In this document: piece after piece, positions 13,132 through 24,126 of the stretch | Position numbering within the stretch: the stretch's first letter is position 1 | How the letters are laid out: each line of letters begins with the position of its first letter | Origin: an uncultured virus (IMG/VR IMGVR_UViG_3300043436_004224) | Lineage: Duplodnaviria; Heunggongvirae; Uroviricota; Caudoviricetes | Length of the DNA: 64,000 nt | Reading direction: 5' to 3' (one strand) | IMG/VR virus record: IMGVR_UViG_3300043436_004224 | The notes under the pieces: generated by a model | What the model saw: only the letters and a program-made list of their open reading frames with translations | What the model was told of the DNA's origin: nothing | Database searches by the model: none | Program-made: the position numbers and the translations under genes

Positions 13132-15327
13132 ATGACAAGCTATGAAACAAATGATAATGAAGCTAAGTGCCCAGTCCCTCATGGGACTGCTGGGGGTGCC
13201 AGTAGTTCACGAGGAACTGCAAATAATGATTGGTGGCCTAATCAGCTGTCACTAGAGCCACTGCTTCACGGTAACCCAAAGTCTGACCCTATGGGCGAGT
13301 ACTTCGACTATGTCGAAGAATTTAATAACCTAGACCTTGCTGCAGTTAAAGCAGACATTGTTGAAGTTATGCATACATCTCAGTCGTGGTGGCCGGCAGA
13401 CTACGGACATTACGGTCCGCTATTTATTCGCATGGCTTGGCACTCTGCTGGAACCTACCGAACTACTGATGGTCGTGGAGGCGGTGGACAGGGTCTACAG
13501 AGATTTGCTCCACTCAACTCATGGCCTGACAACGTAAACCTCGATAAGGCTCGTCGTCTTCTTTGGCCAGTTAAAAAGAAGTACGGACGTTCGATCAGCT
13601 GGGCTGACCTAATGATTCTTGCAGGTAACGTTGCGCTAGAGGATATGGGATTCCCTACTTTTGGTTTTGCTGGTGGACGTGCAGATGTTTGGGAGCCAGA
13701 CAACACCTACTGGGGTAACGAAACTGAGTGGCTAGCAAGCAAGCGCTACGACAGTTTACGCGAAGCAGAAACTCTAGAAGATCCGCTAGCCGCTGTACAA
13801 ATGGGTTTGATCTATGTAAACCCAGAAGGTCCGGACGGTAATCCAGATTTCAAGTTAGCTGCTGCAGATATTAGAACTACTTTTGCTCGTATGGCTATGA
13901 ACGACGAAGAAACAGTTGCGCTTATTGCTGGTGGTCACGCATTTGGTAAGACTCATGGCGCTGGTGATCCTTCTCAAGTTGGCGTTGAGCCAGAAGGAGA
14001 TGACATCTCGAGCGCAGGGCTTGGGTGGAAAAACTCTCAGGGTAAAGGCCACTCGGAAGATACCATCGGTTCTGGTCTAGAAATAACATGGACTCCTAAC
14101 CCGACCCGCTGGGATAATGACTACCTACGCCTAATCTACAAGTACGAGTGGGAGATGGAATTATCTCCCGCAGGTGCAAAGCAGTGGGTACCTATTAATT
14201 GCGAAGAATCGGATATGGCACCTCATGCTCACCTTGAAGGCGAAATGGTAGTTCCTAGGATGGCAACAACTGATTTAGCTCTTCGATTTGGTGACGAGAA
14301 GTACGCAGAGATCAGTAAGAAGTTCTTAGATGATTTTGACTACTTTACAGATGCATTTGCCCGTGCCTGGTTTAAGCTAACCCATCGTGACATGGGACCT
14401 GTGTCGCGCTACTTCGGTCCAGAAGTTCCTAAAGAACTATTGATATGGCAAGACCCAATTCCAAAGGGTCCTGAAAACACAGCTGAAGGACTGGAAAAAA
14501 TCACAGAAGCAATTGACGCTTCAGATTTGACAATCACTGAGCTTGTCAAGCTTGCGTGGGCTTCTGCAAGTTCTTTCCGCAACACCGACAAGCGCGGTGG
14601 CGCAAACGGATCTCGCATTCGTCTTGAGCCGCAGATTAGCTGGGAAGTCAATGAGCCAGATCAAATTAAAGAGACACTAAAGAAATTGGAAGACCTGCGC
14701 AGCAGTGTGGGTGTAGATATTTCTATGGCTGATCTGATTGTCTTTGCTGGTAGCTATGCAGTGAAACTAGCTGTAGATGGAGTAGGCGAAGGACTATACA
14801 TCGACTACATAGGCGGTCGTGGAGATGCTACCCAGGAATATACTGACGTAGAGTCTTTCGAGTATCTACGACCGATTGCTGATGGGTTCCGTAACTGGAC
14901 TCCGGGCAATGAGGAGATTGCAGAGCGTCTACTGATTGATAAGGCAGCGCTTCTTGGGCTAACTCCAACCGAGATGACAGCTCTTGTTGGCGGCCTACGT
15001 GTAATGGGTGTCACGCATGGCGGCTCATCTCATGGTGTTCTCACTGAGCGTGTAGGTGTACTGTCTACAGACTTTTTTGTCAACTTGCTAAGCAACGACA
15101 TTGCGTGGGCACCTAAAGCTGGACAGCCTGGCATCTACGGTTCACATGCTTACAAAGATGGAGAGCGTAAGTGGACAGCAACTCGTGCAGACTTAGTGTT
15201 TGCTTCAAATTCAGTCCTACGTGCTATCGCTGAGGTCTTTGCATCAGATGACGGATTGCCGCATTTTGTTCAGGCTTTTGCTAGTGCATGGTCAAAGGTT
15301 ATGAACGCAGACAGGTTTACCATTTAA
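13132..15327 (+). CDS. katG: Catalase-peroxidase
   Basis: RMAWHSAGTYR (distal R/W/H), MGLIYVNPEG (adduct Tyr), ARMAMNDEET (adduct Met), GGHAFGKTHG (proximal His); both domains present. Confidence 0.97.
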   Translation: MTSYETNDNEAKCPVPHGTAGGASSSRGTANNDWWPNQLSLEPLLHGNPKSDPMGEYFDYVEEFNNLDLAAVKADIVEVMHTSQSWWPADYGHYGPLFIRMAWHSAGTYRTTDGRGGGGQGLQRFAPLNSWPDNVNLDKARRLLWPVKKKYGRSISWADLMILAGNVALEDMGFPTFGFAGGRADVWEPDNTYWGNETEWLASKRYDSLREAETLEDPLAAVQMGLIYVNPEGPDGNPDFKLAAADIRTTFARMAMNDEETVALIAGGHAFGKTHGAGDPSQVGVEPEGDDISSAGLGWKNSQGKGHSEDTIGSGLEITWTPNPTRWDNDYLRLIYKYEWEMELSPAGAKQWVPINCEESDMAPHAHLEGEMVVPRMATTDLALRFGDEKYAEISKKFLDDFDYFTDAFARAWFKLTHRDMGPVSRYFGPEVPKELLIWQDPIPKGPENTAEGLEKITEAIDASDLTITELVKLAWASASSFRNTDKRGGANGSRIRLEPQISWEVNEPDQIKETLKKLEDLRSSVGVDISMADLIVFAGSYAVKLAVDGVGEGLYIDYIGGRGDATQEYTDVESFEYLRPIADGFRNWTPGNEEIAERLLIDKAALLGLTPTEMTALVGGLRVMGVTHGGSSHGVLTERVGVLSTDFFVNLLSNDIAWAPKAGQPGIYGSHAYKDGERKWTATRADLVFASNSVLRAIAEVFASDDGLPHFVQAFASAWSKVMNADRFTI

Positions 15328-15340
15328 GTTAATAGAAAGA

Positions 15341-15370
15341 TCCCCCCGTTAAAGCGGGGGGTTTCTTTTT
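15341..15370 (+). terminator. Intrinsic terminator after katG
   Basis: CCCCCCG-TTAAAG-CGGGGGG followed by T-rich run. Confidence 0.85.
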
Positions 15371-15388
15371 ATTCTGTATACTCTAGTT

Positions 15389-16009
15389 ATGAAAATTAGC
15401 TTAAAATCACTTAAAGTAGCCTACATTAACTTAAAAATGTATCCCAATCGAAATACCACTATGGCCAACATGCTCACTCACTATGGGCTTGACTTCATTC
15501 GAGTTGAGGGCGTCAACCACAACAAGTTTGACCCAATAGCCTCTGCTCACATCGATGCCCTTAATACTGGGGCAGATCTTATTCTAGAAGACGACTGTAT
15601 TCCTTTTAACTATAGGGATACCCTTGAGGTCCCTGACGACGCAGACGTTGTTTTTTTGGGTGTCTCTACTGGAACCACTCATACCACAAAGCCTAAGTAC
15701 AAAAAAGTGTCCGAAGAGATTTATAGGCTGTATGACATGACAACTATCCATGCTGTCCTATATATAACTGAAGCTGGAAGGCAGTGGCTTCGTAATGCCT
15801 ACGATATGACGGCTAAAGAAAATGTGGGCTTTGATATCTCCACTGCTAGACTAATGTCCACAATTAACGCCTATGGATTGAATAGCCCGGTGTGGTATCA
15901 ATTTGATCTTGAAAGCCAAACTAAGTTAACCCTAGATGAGGCCCTATTGAGTGATGACTACTTTGGTGGGGGCTACCCGGACTACCCTGCGCCTATTACA
16001 GTATTTTAA
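15389..16009 (+). CDS. Glycosyltransferase-like protein (GT25-like)
   Basis: YINL....R, RVEGV, SAHIDAL, LILEDD, HAVLY. Confidence 0.65.
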   Translation: MKISLKSLKVAYINLKMYPNRNTTMANMLTHYGLDFIRVEGVNHNKFDPIASAHIDALNTGADLILEDDCIPFNYRDTLEVPDDADVVFLGVSTGTTHTTKPKYKKVSEEIYRLYDMTTIHAVLYITEAGRQWLRNAYDMTAKENVGFDISTARLMSTINAYGLNSPVWYQFDLESQTKLTLDEALLSDDYFGGGYPDYPAPITVF

Positions 16010-16111
16010 AAAGAGTTAGCTATTTAGTAGCTTTTGTTGCGTTAACTTAAAAAGTATGCTACACTTATAATCTTATTTGAATTATTTAACTTATAGTGCT
16101 AATCTGTTCTC

Positions 16112-16792
16112 ATGATAAAGAGATTTAGTGCTAGAAAAGCTTTTGGGCTGGCTGCCCTAGCCATCGGGCTTTCTGCTGTCATTGTTGCTCCTGCCTTAGG
16201 TGTGCAGAACTCTTTTGTCTTTGTTAGCTCTAATACTTCTGTATCCGAGGATTCTAGCCCTAAGAATGTAGATAAGTCTTTACCACAGCCTGCAGTAGAA
16301 GTAAGTCCGTCTCCTCTAAACCAGTCTGTACCTAGTGATACAGCTGAAACTTCTACGGCCCCAAGCCCAGCGGCAGTTGTTAAATCTACTCCGACCCCTA
16401 CAGCTACTTCTACCCCTGCGCCCGTAGCAACAGCTGCCCCCGCTCCGCAAGAGACTTCAGCGCCTGCTCCTACCCCTACACAGGCTCCAGTAATTCAACA
16501 GCTCCCCGCAGCGCCTGTAGTTGGGACAGTAGCCGTATCTCAAGTTACTCCAGGAAGTGGGATTGGAGAGGCTGTATTACAGTGGTCTTCCATCCCTGGT
16601 GCTACAGAGTATCGAATCTTCAAGACTGGAACAATTAGACCTAGCTGGAGACTCTTCTACATCTATCCTTCTTCTATAACTAGCATCACTATATTTGATC
16701 AGCCGGGCTCTATTGCCATTTATAAAATCATGGCTGTAATCAACTCTCAAGAGACTTTATTGGGCGAAGTTACTTATCGACCAACTAACTAA
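16112..16792 (+). CDS. Exported Pro/Thr/Ser-rich protein with C-terminal Fn3-like domain
   Basis: N-terminal signal peptide, PT-rich linker, LQWSSIPGATEYRIF. Confidence 0.6.
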   Translation: MIKRFSARKAFGLAALAIGLSAVIVAPALGVQNSFVFVSSNTSVSEDSSPKNVDKSLPQPAVEVSPSPLNQSVPSDTAETSTAPSPAAVVKSTPTPTATSTPAPVATAAPAPQETSAPAPTPTQAPVIQQLPAAPVVGTVAVSQVTPGSGIGEAVLQWSSIPGATEYRIFKTGTIRPSWRLFYIYPSSITSITIFDQPGSIAIYKIMAVINSQETLLGEVTYRPTN

Positions 16793-16975
16793 GGTACTAA
16801 ATATAGCATATTGGTTGCCAGTGTTTTAAAGGTTAATGTACAAAAGGTACTGTACAAAAAGTCCGTATAAACTTAATCCTAAGGTTATACAAAACACCCC
16901 TTAACTAGCGCTGTTTTAGGTCTGTCATAATATTCTAGGGAGCTCTTCCCGCCCACATTTTTAGGATAAAACGCT

Positions 16976-19141
<2,166 letters not shown>

Positions 19142-19150
19142 TTTTAACTG

Positions 19151-19183
19151 AAAAAGCCCCTCCTGTAATGGGAGGGGTTTTTT
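19151..19183 (+). terminator. Intrinsic terminator
   Basis: AAAAAGCCCCTCC-TGTAATG-GGAGGGGTTTTTT. Confidence 0.85.
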
Positions 19184-19199
19184 GTTATAAACTGGAGTA

Positions 19200-19784
19200 A
19201 TGGACGCCCCTATCAAAGTCATTAAAAACTTCATTAAAAAGCCAGAAGTCAAGCTACTGATTGATTACATAGACTACCTAGAGACAAACCACTTAGATGA
19301 GTTTGCAAGTGATCACGGGGGTAAACGCTTAGCCTTACAGTTTGGCAAAGAGCTTAATGACTACTACGACCGCTGGACGCACTTAAACCTAGACTTAGTC
19401 GCGGATAAGCGAGAAGTATTACAGCGCTACTTTAGCCAGATTATTGAAGAAATCCAAGCAAACTTCACTGTGACAGATGGGCTATATCCCTGCGTTCTTT
19501 GGATTGCAAAGCAGTACCCGGGTGCCATCGTAGAGGTCCATCAGGACACAGACTACGGAAAAAGCATGCACATTAAGTACACTGGCAGCCTCTATCTAAA
19601 CACCATGACAAATGGCGGGGAACTTTACTTCGAAGACTTTGACTACACATACAAACCAGAAGCTGGAGACTTAGTCATATTCCCGTCTCATGAAGCGGGC
19701 ATGCACGGAGTCCGCGAGATAAACGAAGTTAGATACTCTATCTTGCTGTGGATGACCGACTTAGATCATTTGGCCCTATCGTGA
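19200..19784 (+). CDS. 2OG-Fe(II) oxygenase
   Basis: HQD...YLN....GGELYF...HGV.EI...RY. Confidence 0.88.
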   Translation: MDAPIKVIKNFIKKPEVKLLIDYIDYLETNHLDEFASDHGGKRLALQFGKELNDYYDRWTHLNLDLVADKREVLQRYFSQIIEEIQANFTVTDGLYPCVLWIAKQYPGAIVEVHQDTDYGKSMHIKYTGSLYLNTMTNGGELYFEDFDYTYKPEAGDLVIFPSHEAGMHGVREINEVRYSILLWMTDLDHLALS

Positions 19785-19791
19785 GGAAGTA

Positions 19792-20487
19792 ATGGACGCC
19801 CCTATTAAATCTGGCAAAGCTCTTCTCTATGCCCGAGTATCTACTCAGTTGCAGGTTAATGATGGAGTGTCGCTGGACGTGCAGGAACGCACGATGGTGA
19901 ACGCTGCTGAGTTTCATGGCTTTGAGTCGTGGGAGCTGGTGCGTGAGGAGGGCAAGTCCGGTAAGTCGATTACTGGTAGGCCGGCCCTAACCGATGCGCT
20001 GGGGCGACTAAAGCGCAAAGAAGTAGACGCCCTTATTGTTACAAGAATAGACAGACTGGCAAGGAGTACTACAGACTTTTTGGATATCGTGGATAGGGCC
20101 AACAAGGAGGGGTGGAGGTTGATCATGTTGGACCTAAACCTAGACACCTCGACCTACCAGGGGCGCTTCGTTGTGACGGTGATGTCGGCGCTCGCTGAGA
20201 TGGAAAGAGGCATAATAGCCGCGCGGCAAAAGGACGTCCATAAGGACCGTCGAGATCGTGGTATCGTATGGGGTGTAGACATGGGTCCGAAAAATAAGAC
20301 GCCTCTTGACATTAAGGAGCGGATTATGCTACAAAGAAACAGTGGACGCGCCTATGGAAAGATTGCTGATGAGCTGAACGCTGATGGCATTCCTACGCAG
20401 AATGGTAGAAAATGGTACGCGTCAACTGTAAAGAATATAGTAGACGCCGCAACTGAGACAGGCGATAAGAGTGGCAGTCCCGAGTAA
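19792..20487 (+). CDS. Serine recombinase (resolvase catalytic domain plus short DNA-binding domain)
   Basis: YARVST catalytic Ser, SGKS...RPAL, RIDRLARS, AEMER, IADELNADGIPT..G.KW..STV. Confidence 0.92.
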   Translation: MDAPIKSGKALLYARVSTQLQVNDGVSLDVQERTMVNAAEFHGFESWELVREEGKSGKSITGRPALTDALGRLKRKEVDALIVTRIDRLARSTTDFLDIVDRANKEGWRLIMLDLNLDTSTYQGRFVVTVMSALAEMERGIIAARQKDVHKDRRDRGIVWGVDMGPKNKTPLDIKERIMLQRNSGRAYGKIADELNADGIPTQNGRKWYASTVKNIVDAATETGDKSGSPE

Positions 20488-20872
20488 AGTAAAAATTGGT
20501 GCGCAGATCTTTAAGGTCGAAGAGCGTAGCGTAAAGCAAGACGGCACCCTTAACGATAACTCTTATGGTTACACTTTGGACCAGGGGAACCTAATAGTAA
20601 TAGACGCCTCTATCGCCTTCAACAAGAAACAGCAAACGCTCCTACATGAAGTAATTCATGCAATAGGTATGGTACATGCTGCAGGAATGAAGCAACCAGA
20701 CAGTAAAGACGGGTATGAAGTTTGGGAGCATCATTTTATTGGCATTTGGGAGTCCCCTATGCTACTGTTCATCAAAGACAATCCTGAAGTTATCGCATGG
20801 TTGCAACTAGAAGAGGAGCCTGCAAGTGGCCAAAAGAAAGAGTCAAGAGCCGTCAGGCCCAAGACCAAATAG
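20471..20872 (+). CDS. HEXXH metallopeptidase-like phage protein
   Basis: TLLHEVIHAI motif. Confidence 0.6.
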   Translation: MAVPSKVKIGAQIFKVEERSVKQDGTLNDNSYGYTLDQGNLIVIDASIAFNKKQQTLLHEVIHAIGMVHAAGMKQPDSKDGYEVWEHHFIGIWESPMLLFIKDNPEVIAWLQLEEEPASGQKKESRAVRPKTK

Positions 20873-21158
20873 CGCTTGGATTTGCGAGACCGAGATTCAG
20901 GTCAATGGCAGAAACGTTTCTTTTGGGACTGAACTAAAGATTCGTGGCGTCCGGGGAAGATTTAGGTTTGTAAAGAAAGTCACCACTCCTACCACCGAAT
21001 GGATAGATGTTTGGGGCGGCCCTAAGGGTTCAGAGTCTATGAGAAGTTTTAGACTGGGGCAGATAAAAACGGTGCATTATAAGAATCAGACCGTCGGCAA
21101 TCTTGCAGTAGAGTACAAAGAGAAGAAAGCCGCAAAGAAAGCAGACCGCGATGGGTAG
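20826..21158 (+). CDS. Hypothetical phage protein
   Basis: ORF within tight operon. Confidence 0.6.
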   Translation: MAKRKSQEPSGPRPNSAWICETEIQVNGRNVSFGTELKIRGVRGRFRFVKKVTTPTTEWIDVWGGPKGSESMRSFRLGQIKTVHYKNQTVGNLAVEYKEKKAAKKADRDG

Positions 21159-22104
21159 CAGCGGTGAAGAGTTTTCTCTAAATAATCTACCTAAGTTCAA
21201 TATCTTCTCGGATCCTGAAATAGATAAATCTCGTTTTTTTAAAGAACTTTCTAAATTAGAAGTTGATGAAGACGCTCAAAGTTTGTTTTTAAGTAAGCAT
21301 GACGACCCTCTTGTGAGAAACTATAGAGACTCAATCAACGAGTACAAACTAAATACTTTGGGGTATAGGTCGAAAGAGTTTAAGCATGTTCCTCTTGTTA
21401 CAGCTGGATGTTCTGTAACTTTTGGAGTAGGTGTCCCATATAGTGGTATTTGGTCTACCCTTCTAGCAGAAACATTAAATTTAGAGCACGTAAACTTAGC
21501 TACTCCCGGGTGGGCTGCAGAGTCTATTGTTGACAACTTATTCAGATACTTCTATCAGTATGGAAATCCTAAAATAGCTGTAGTGCTTTTTCCTGATACC
21601 CAACGGGTGACCATGATTTCTGACAGGGACTACTCTGTAGTTAGCCCAGACATGGGGGACCCCCCCATAAAAATCGTTGAGTCTAGTCTGTATACTACGC
21701 CAACAAAAACTAGACCTAATTATTCAAAAAAGCCTCATGATCTTTTGCAGTTTATCCCTCCCGAGTATGGGGTGTATTCAGCATTTAAAGCAATAAACTC
21801 TTTAATAATCTATTGCAAATCAGCTGGGATAGAGTTATTTTGGTCAACTTGGGATCCCGAAATGGATTTGCTGGTCTTAGCTGCGAAAGAAGATTGGGCT
21901 GCAGATGCATACTCCAACTATGTGTCTTATTCTAAAGACCCCCCTACTACTTGTCATCAAGAGTTACTAGACCTATTTGGAGAGAATTTCTACTCTGGGT
22001 ATGATGGAATGCTTGACAAAGAGAGTGTCAATAAGTCTCATCCTGGAGTTCACTATCATGTACATGTTTGTGAAACTTTTTATGAGAAAATAAAGCAAAA
22101 ATAA
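21151..22104 (+). CDS. SGNH/GDSL-hydrolase-like protein
   Basis: AGCSVTFG, NLATPG, C-terminal HPG..YH; paralogous to C-terminal half of 27117-28739. Confidence 0.6.
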   Translation: MGSSGEEFSLNNLPKFNIFSDPEIDKSRFFKELSKLEVDEDAQSLFLSKHDDPLVRNYRDSINEYKLNTLGYRSKEFKHVPLVTAGCSVTFGVGVPYSGIWSTLLAETLNLEHVNLATPGWAAESIVDNLFRYFYQYGNPKIAVVLFPDTQRVTMISDRDYSVVSPDMGDPPIKIVESSLYTTPTKTRPNYSKKPHDLLQFIPPEYGVYSAFKAINSLIIYCKSAGIELFWSTWDPEMDLLVLAAKEDWAADAYSNYVSYSKDPPTTCHQELLDLFGENFYSGYDGMLDKESVNKSHPGVHYHVHVCETFYEKIKQK

Positions 22105-22142
22105 GCTAAGCTTATTTAATAAAGCAACTGAGGAGATTAAAA

Positions 22143-22580
22143 ATGACAGACGCCCCTATTGTTAACATCGAAGTACTAGAAGGCGGATACGTTCCTATTT
22201 ATGCAAGGGATGGAGATGCTGGTTCAGACCTACATGCAAGTGAGGGTGGGTATGTTCCTGCTGGTGGTCATGTGCTTATGAAGACCGGCATCAAGATTGC
22301 GCTTCCTTATGGCTACGTTGGTCTGGTGCACCCTAGGAGTGGATTGGCAATGAAGCAAGGAGTGACCGTTCTTAATGCTCCTGGAACTATAGACTCGGGC
22401 TACAGGGGTGAGGTTGGAGTACTTCTACACAACACATCAACCGTAGACGTCTACATTGCTCCTGGAGATAGAATTGCTCAGCTGGTTGTGCAGAAAGTTG
22501 AGACGGTAGAGTTTAATAGGGTAGACGCCCTTACTGAGTCTGACAGAGGCGAATGCGGATTTGGCTCTACAGGAGTTTAG
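22143..22580 (+). CDS. dut: dUTPase (trimeric)
   Basis: AGSDL, PRSGLA, GTIDSGYRGE, GDRIAQL, RGECGFGSTG. Confidence 0.95.
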   Translation: MTDAPIVNIEVLEGGYVPIYARDGDAGSDLHASEGGYVPAGGHVLMKTGIKIALPYGYVGLVHPRSGLAMKQGVTVLNAPGTIDSGYRGEVGVLLHNTSTVDVYIAPGDRIAQLVVQKVETVEFNRVDALTESDRGECGFGSTGV

Positions 22581-23267
22581 ATGTTTTATTGTAAGGACGC
22601 TGCAGAGAGGTTTCTTGAGAAAGAGTCCGTAGATCTATTTATTGGGCATCCTCCGTACTACATGTCGGAGCTGGTGTTTAATGGTGGTGACCCGTCTAAG
22701 CAAATGCAAAATGTTGAAAGCTTAGAGGCATACTGGAACAACGTGGCTACGTCTGTGGCTCACATGGAGTACGCCTTAAAACCAGATGGTCACATCTTTA
22801 TTGCTTTAGAAAACACGTATTTAGGTCTTGGTGTCATATCTAAAATAGCCTCTAAAACATCTTTAGAGCTTCAAAGTATCCGAATGTGGGACTACTCTAC
22901 ATCTCCAAATATGCACGCTGTCAGTACCATAATTTTTGCTCATTATGCTAAAAACGTTTGGGGTCCGGGAGATGACCCATCCGGTCCGTACATTTTAACT
23001 AATTCCTGGGAAGAAGCTGAGCAGGAACTAAAAAAGTATCGAGATGACTATATGACTACTGGATCCGCTCCAGCCGGTTTATATCGAGAAATGATAGAAA
23101 ACTTCTCTAGAGAAGGGGATACAGTTTGCGATTTATTCGCTGGATCTGGTACTGTACCTTTAGTAGCTATAGAGCTTGGTCGTAAGTTTATTTTTAATGA
23201 TGTATCTGAAGATAAATTAATTTTAGCTAAAAAGCGTATAAAAGACTTTATGTCGGAGAGGCAGTAA
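22581..23267 (+). CDS. DNA N4/N6 methyltransferase-like protein (beta order)
   Basis: Motif IV-like HPPY near N-terminus, motif I DLFAGSGT near C-terminus. Confidence 0.75.
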   Translation: MFYCKDAAERFLEKESVDLFIGHPPYYMSELVFNGGDPSKQMQNVESLEAYWNNVATSVAHMEYALKPDGHIFIALENTYLGLGVISKIASKTSLELQSIRMWDYSTSPNMHAVSTIIFAHYAKNVWGPGDDPSGPYILTNSWEEAEQELKKYRDDYMTTGSAPAGLYREMIENFSREGDTVCDLFAGSGTVPLVAIELGRKFIFNDVSEDKLILAKKRIKDFMSERQ

Positions 23268-23482
23268 TGGAGCTATGGTCATGGGTACTTGCTGTCATTG
23301 GTGTAGCCGGAATCTACTTTGTTGGTAGGAAAACCCTATGGGGATGGTTTGTCCTCTTATTTGGTGAAACCATTTGGATAGCTTATGCTATAGCTACAGA
23401 GCAATATGGGTTTATAGTTTCTGCTATTGCCTATGGAGCGGTATATATTAGGTCTTACCTTCATTGGAAGGCAGATGCTTAA
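23267..23482 (+). CDS. Small membrane protein (PnuC-like half transporter)
   Basis: Three TM segments, GRKTLWGW...EQYGF. Confidence 0.5.
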   Translation: MELWSWVLAVIGVAGIYFVGRKTLWGWFVLLFGETIWIAYAIATEQYGFIVSAIAYGAVYIRSYLHWKADA

Positions 23483-23487
23483 ACAAA

Positions 23488-23561
23488 CGAGACTTAGCTC
23501 AGCTGGTTAGAGCAAACGGCTCATAACCGTTCGGTCGCGGGTTCAAGTCCCGCAGTCTCGA
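23488..23561 (+). tRNA. tRNA with CAT anticodon (elongator Met or Ile2)
   Basis: CGAGACT/AGTCTCG acceptor (C1-G72 paired, so not initiator), AACGG-CTCATAA-CCGTT, GGTTCAAGTCC. Confidence 0.92.
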
Positions 23562-23583
23562 CAGAAGAAAGGTTTTGAGATAC

Positions 23584-23850
23584 ATGATTGAAAAAGGCAA
23601 CATACGTCAGGTTGCTGAAGCTATAGGTATGTCTCCCCATACCTTATATTCGTGGAGACGAATTGGGTTTCTAGAGATGGATGCTGACGGCCAAGTCGAG
23701 GTTGCTCATGCCCTAAAGATTAGAGCTTTTATAAAGAAGTGGAAGCGAAGCAACAATCAAAAAGGCAGGATGCCAGCTTTGTTTAGGGGCGGAATTAATA
23801 AGTACCCTGAGACAGCTCTAGTAAAAATTAAAAAAGACTTAAGGCCTTAA
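23584..23850 (+). CDS. MerR/excisionase-like HTH protein
   Basis: IRQVAEAIGMSPHTLYSW; similar to 42869-43123. Confidence 0.6.
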   Translation: MIEKGNIRQVAEAIGMSPHTLYSWRRIGFLEMDADGQVEVAHALKIRAFIKKWKRSNNQKGRMPALFRGGINKYPETALVKIKKDLRP

Positions 23851-23851
23851 A

Positions 23852-23924
23852 CCCCGTGTACTCCAATGGCAGAGAGAGCCGACTTAAAATCGGTACAGTA
23901 TCGGTTCGAGTCCGATGGCGGGGA
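23852..23924 (+). tRNA. tRNA-Leu (TAA), short variable loop
   Basis: GCCGA-CTTAAAA-TCGGT anticodon arm, ACAGT variable loop, ATCGG-TTCGAGT-CCGAT T arm; one acceptor mismatch (G7:G66). Confidence 0.85.
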
Positions 23925-23925
23925 C

Positions 23926-24126
23926 ATGGTAAGTAAAAGAAGATCCTTAGCTAAGTCATTGACTTGGCGCGTGATTGCAATTGTCAGCACTCTATTGATT
24001 GGCTATGCCATGACAGGGAGCTGGGCTTTTGCGCTCTCATTAACTGTGGTGTCTAACCTAATTAACTTTGTTTTGTATTACGTGCATGAGCGTGTATGGC
24101 TTGGTGTGCGTTGGGGTAGGTCTTGA
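23926..24126 (+). CDS. DUF2061-family membrane protein
   Basis: RSLAKSLTWR...LYYVHERVW..VRWG; start moved to ATG 23926 because the ORF-track start lies in the tRNA. Confidence 0.8.
   Translation: MVSKRRSLAKSLTWRVIAIVSTLLIGYAMTGSWAFALSLTVVSNLINFVLYYVHERVWLGVRWGRS

Noticed and set aside
19792..20487. Prophage integrase or transposon
   Set aside because: At 231 aa it is too short for a large serine integrase, and no transposase, TnpB partner or terminal inverted repeats were seen.
23866..23925. ORF-track N-terminal extension MAERADLKSVQYRFESDGGD
   Set aside because: It is the translation of the tRNA-Leu body; the real CDS most likely starts at 23926.
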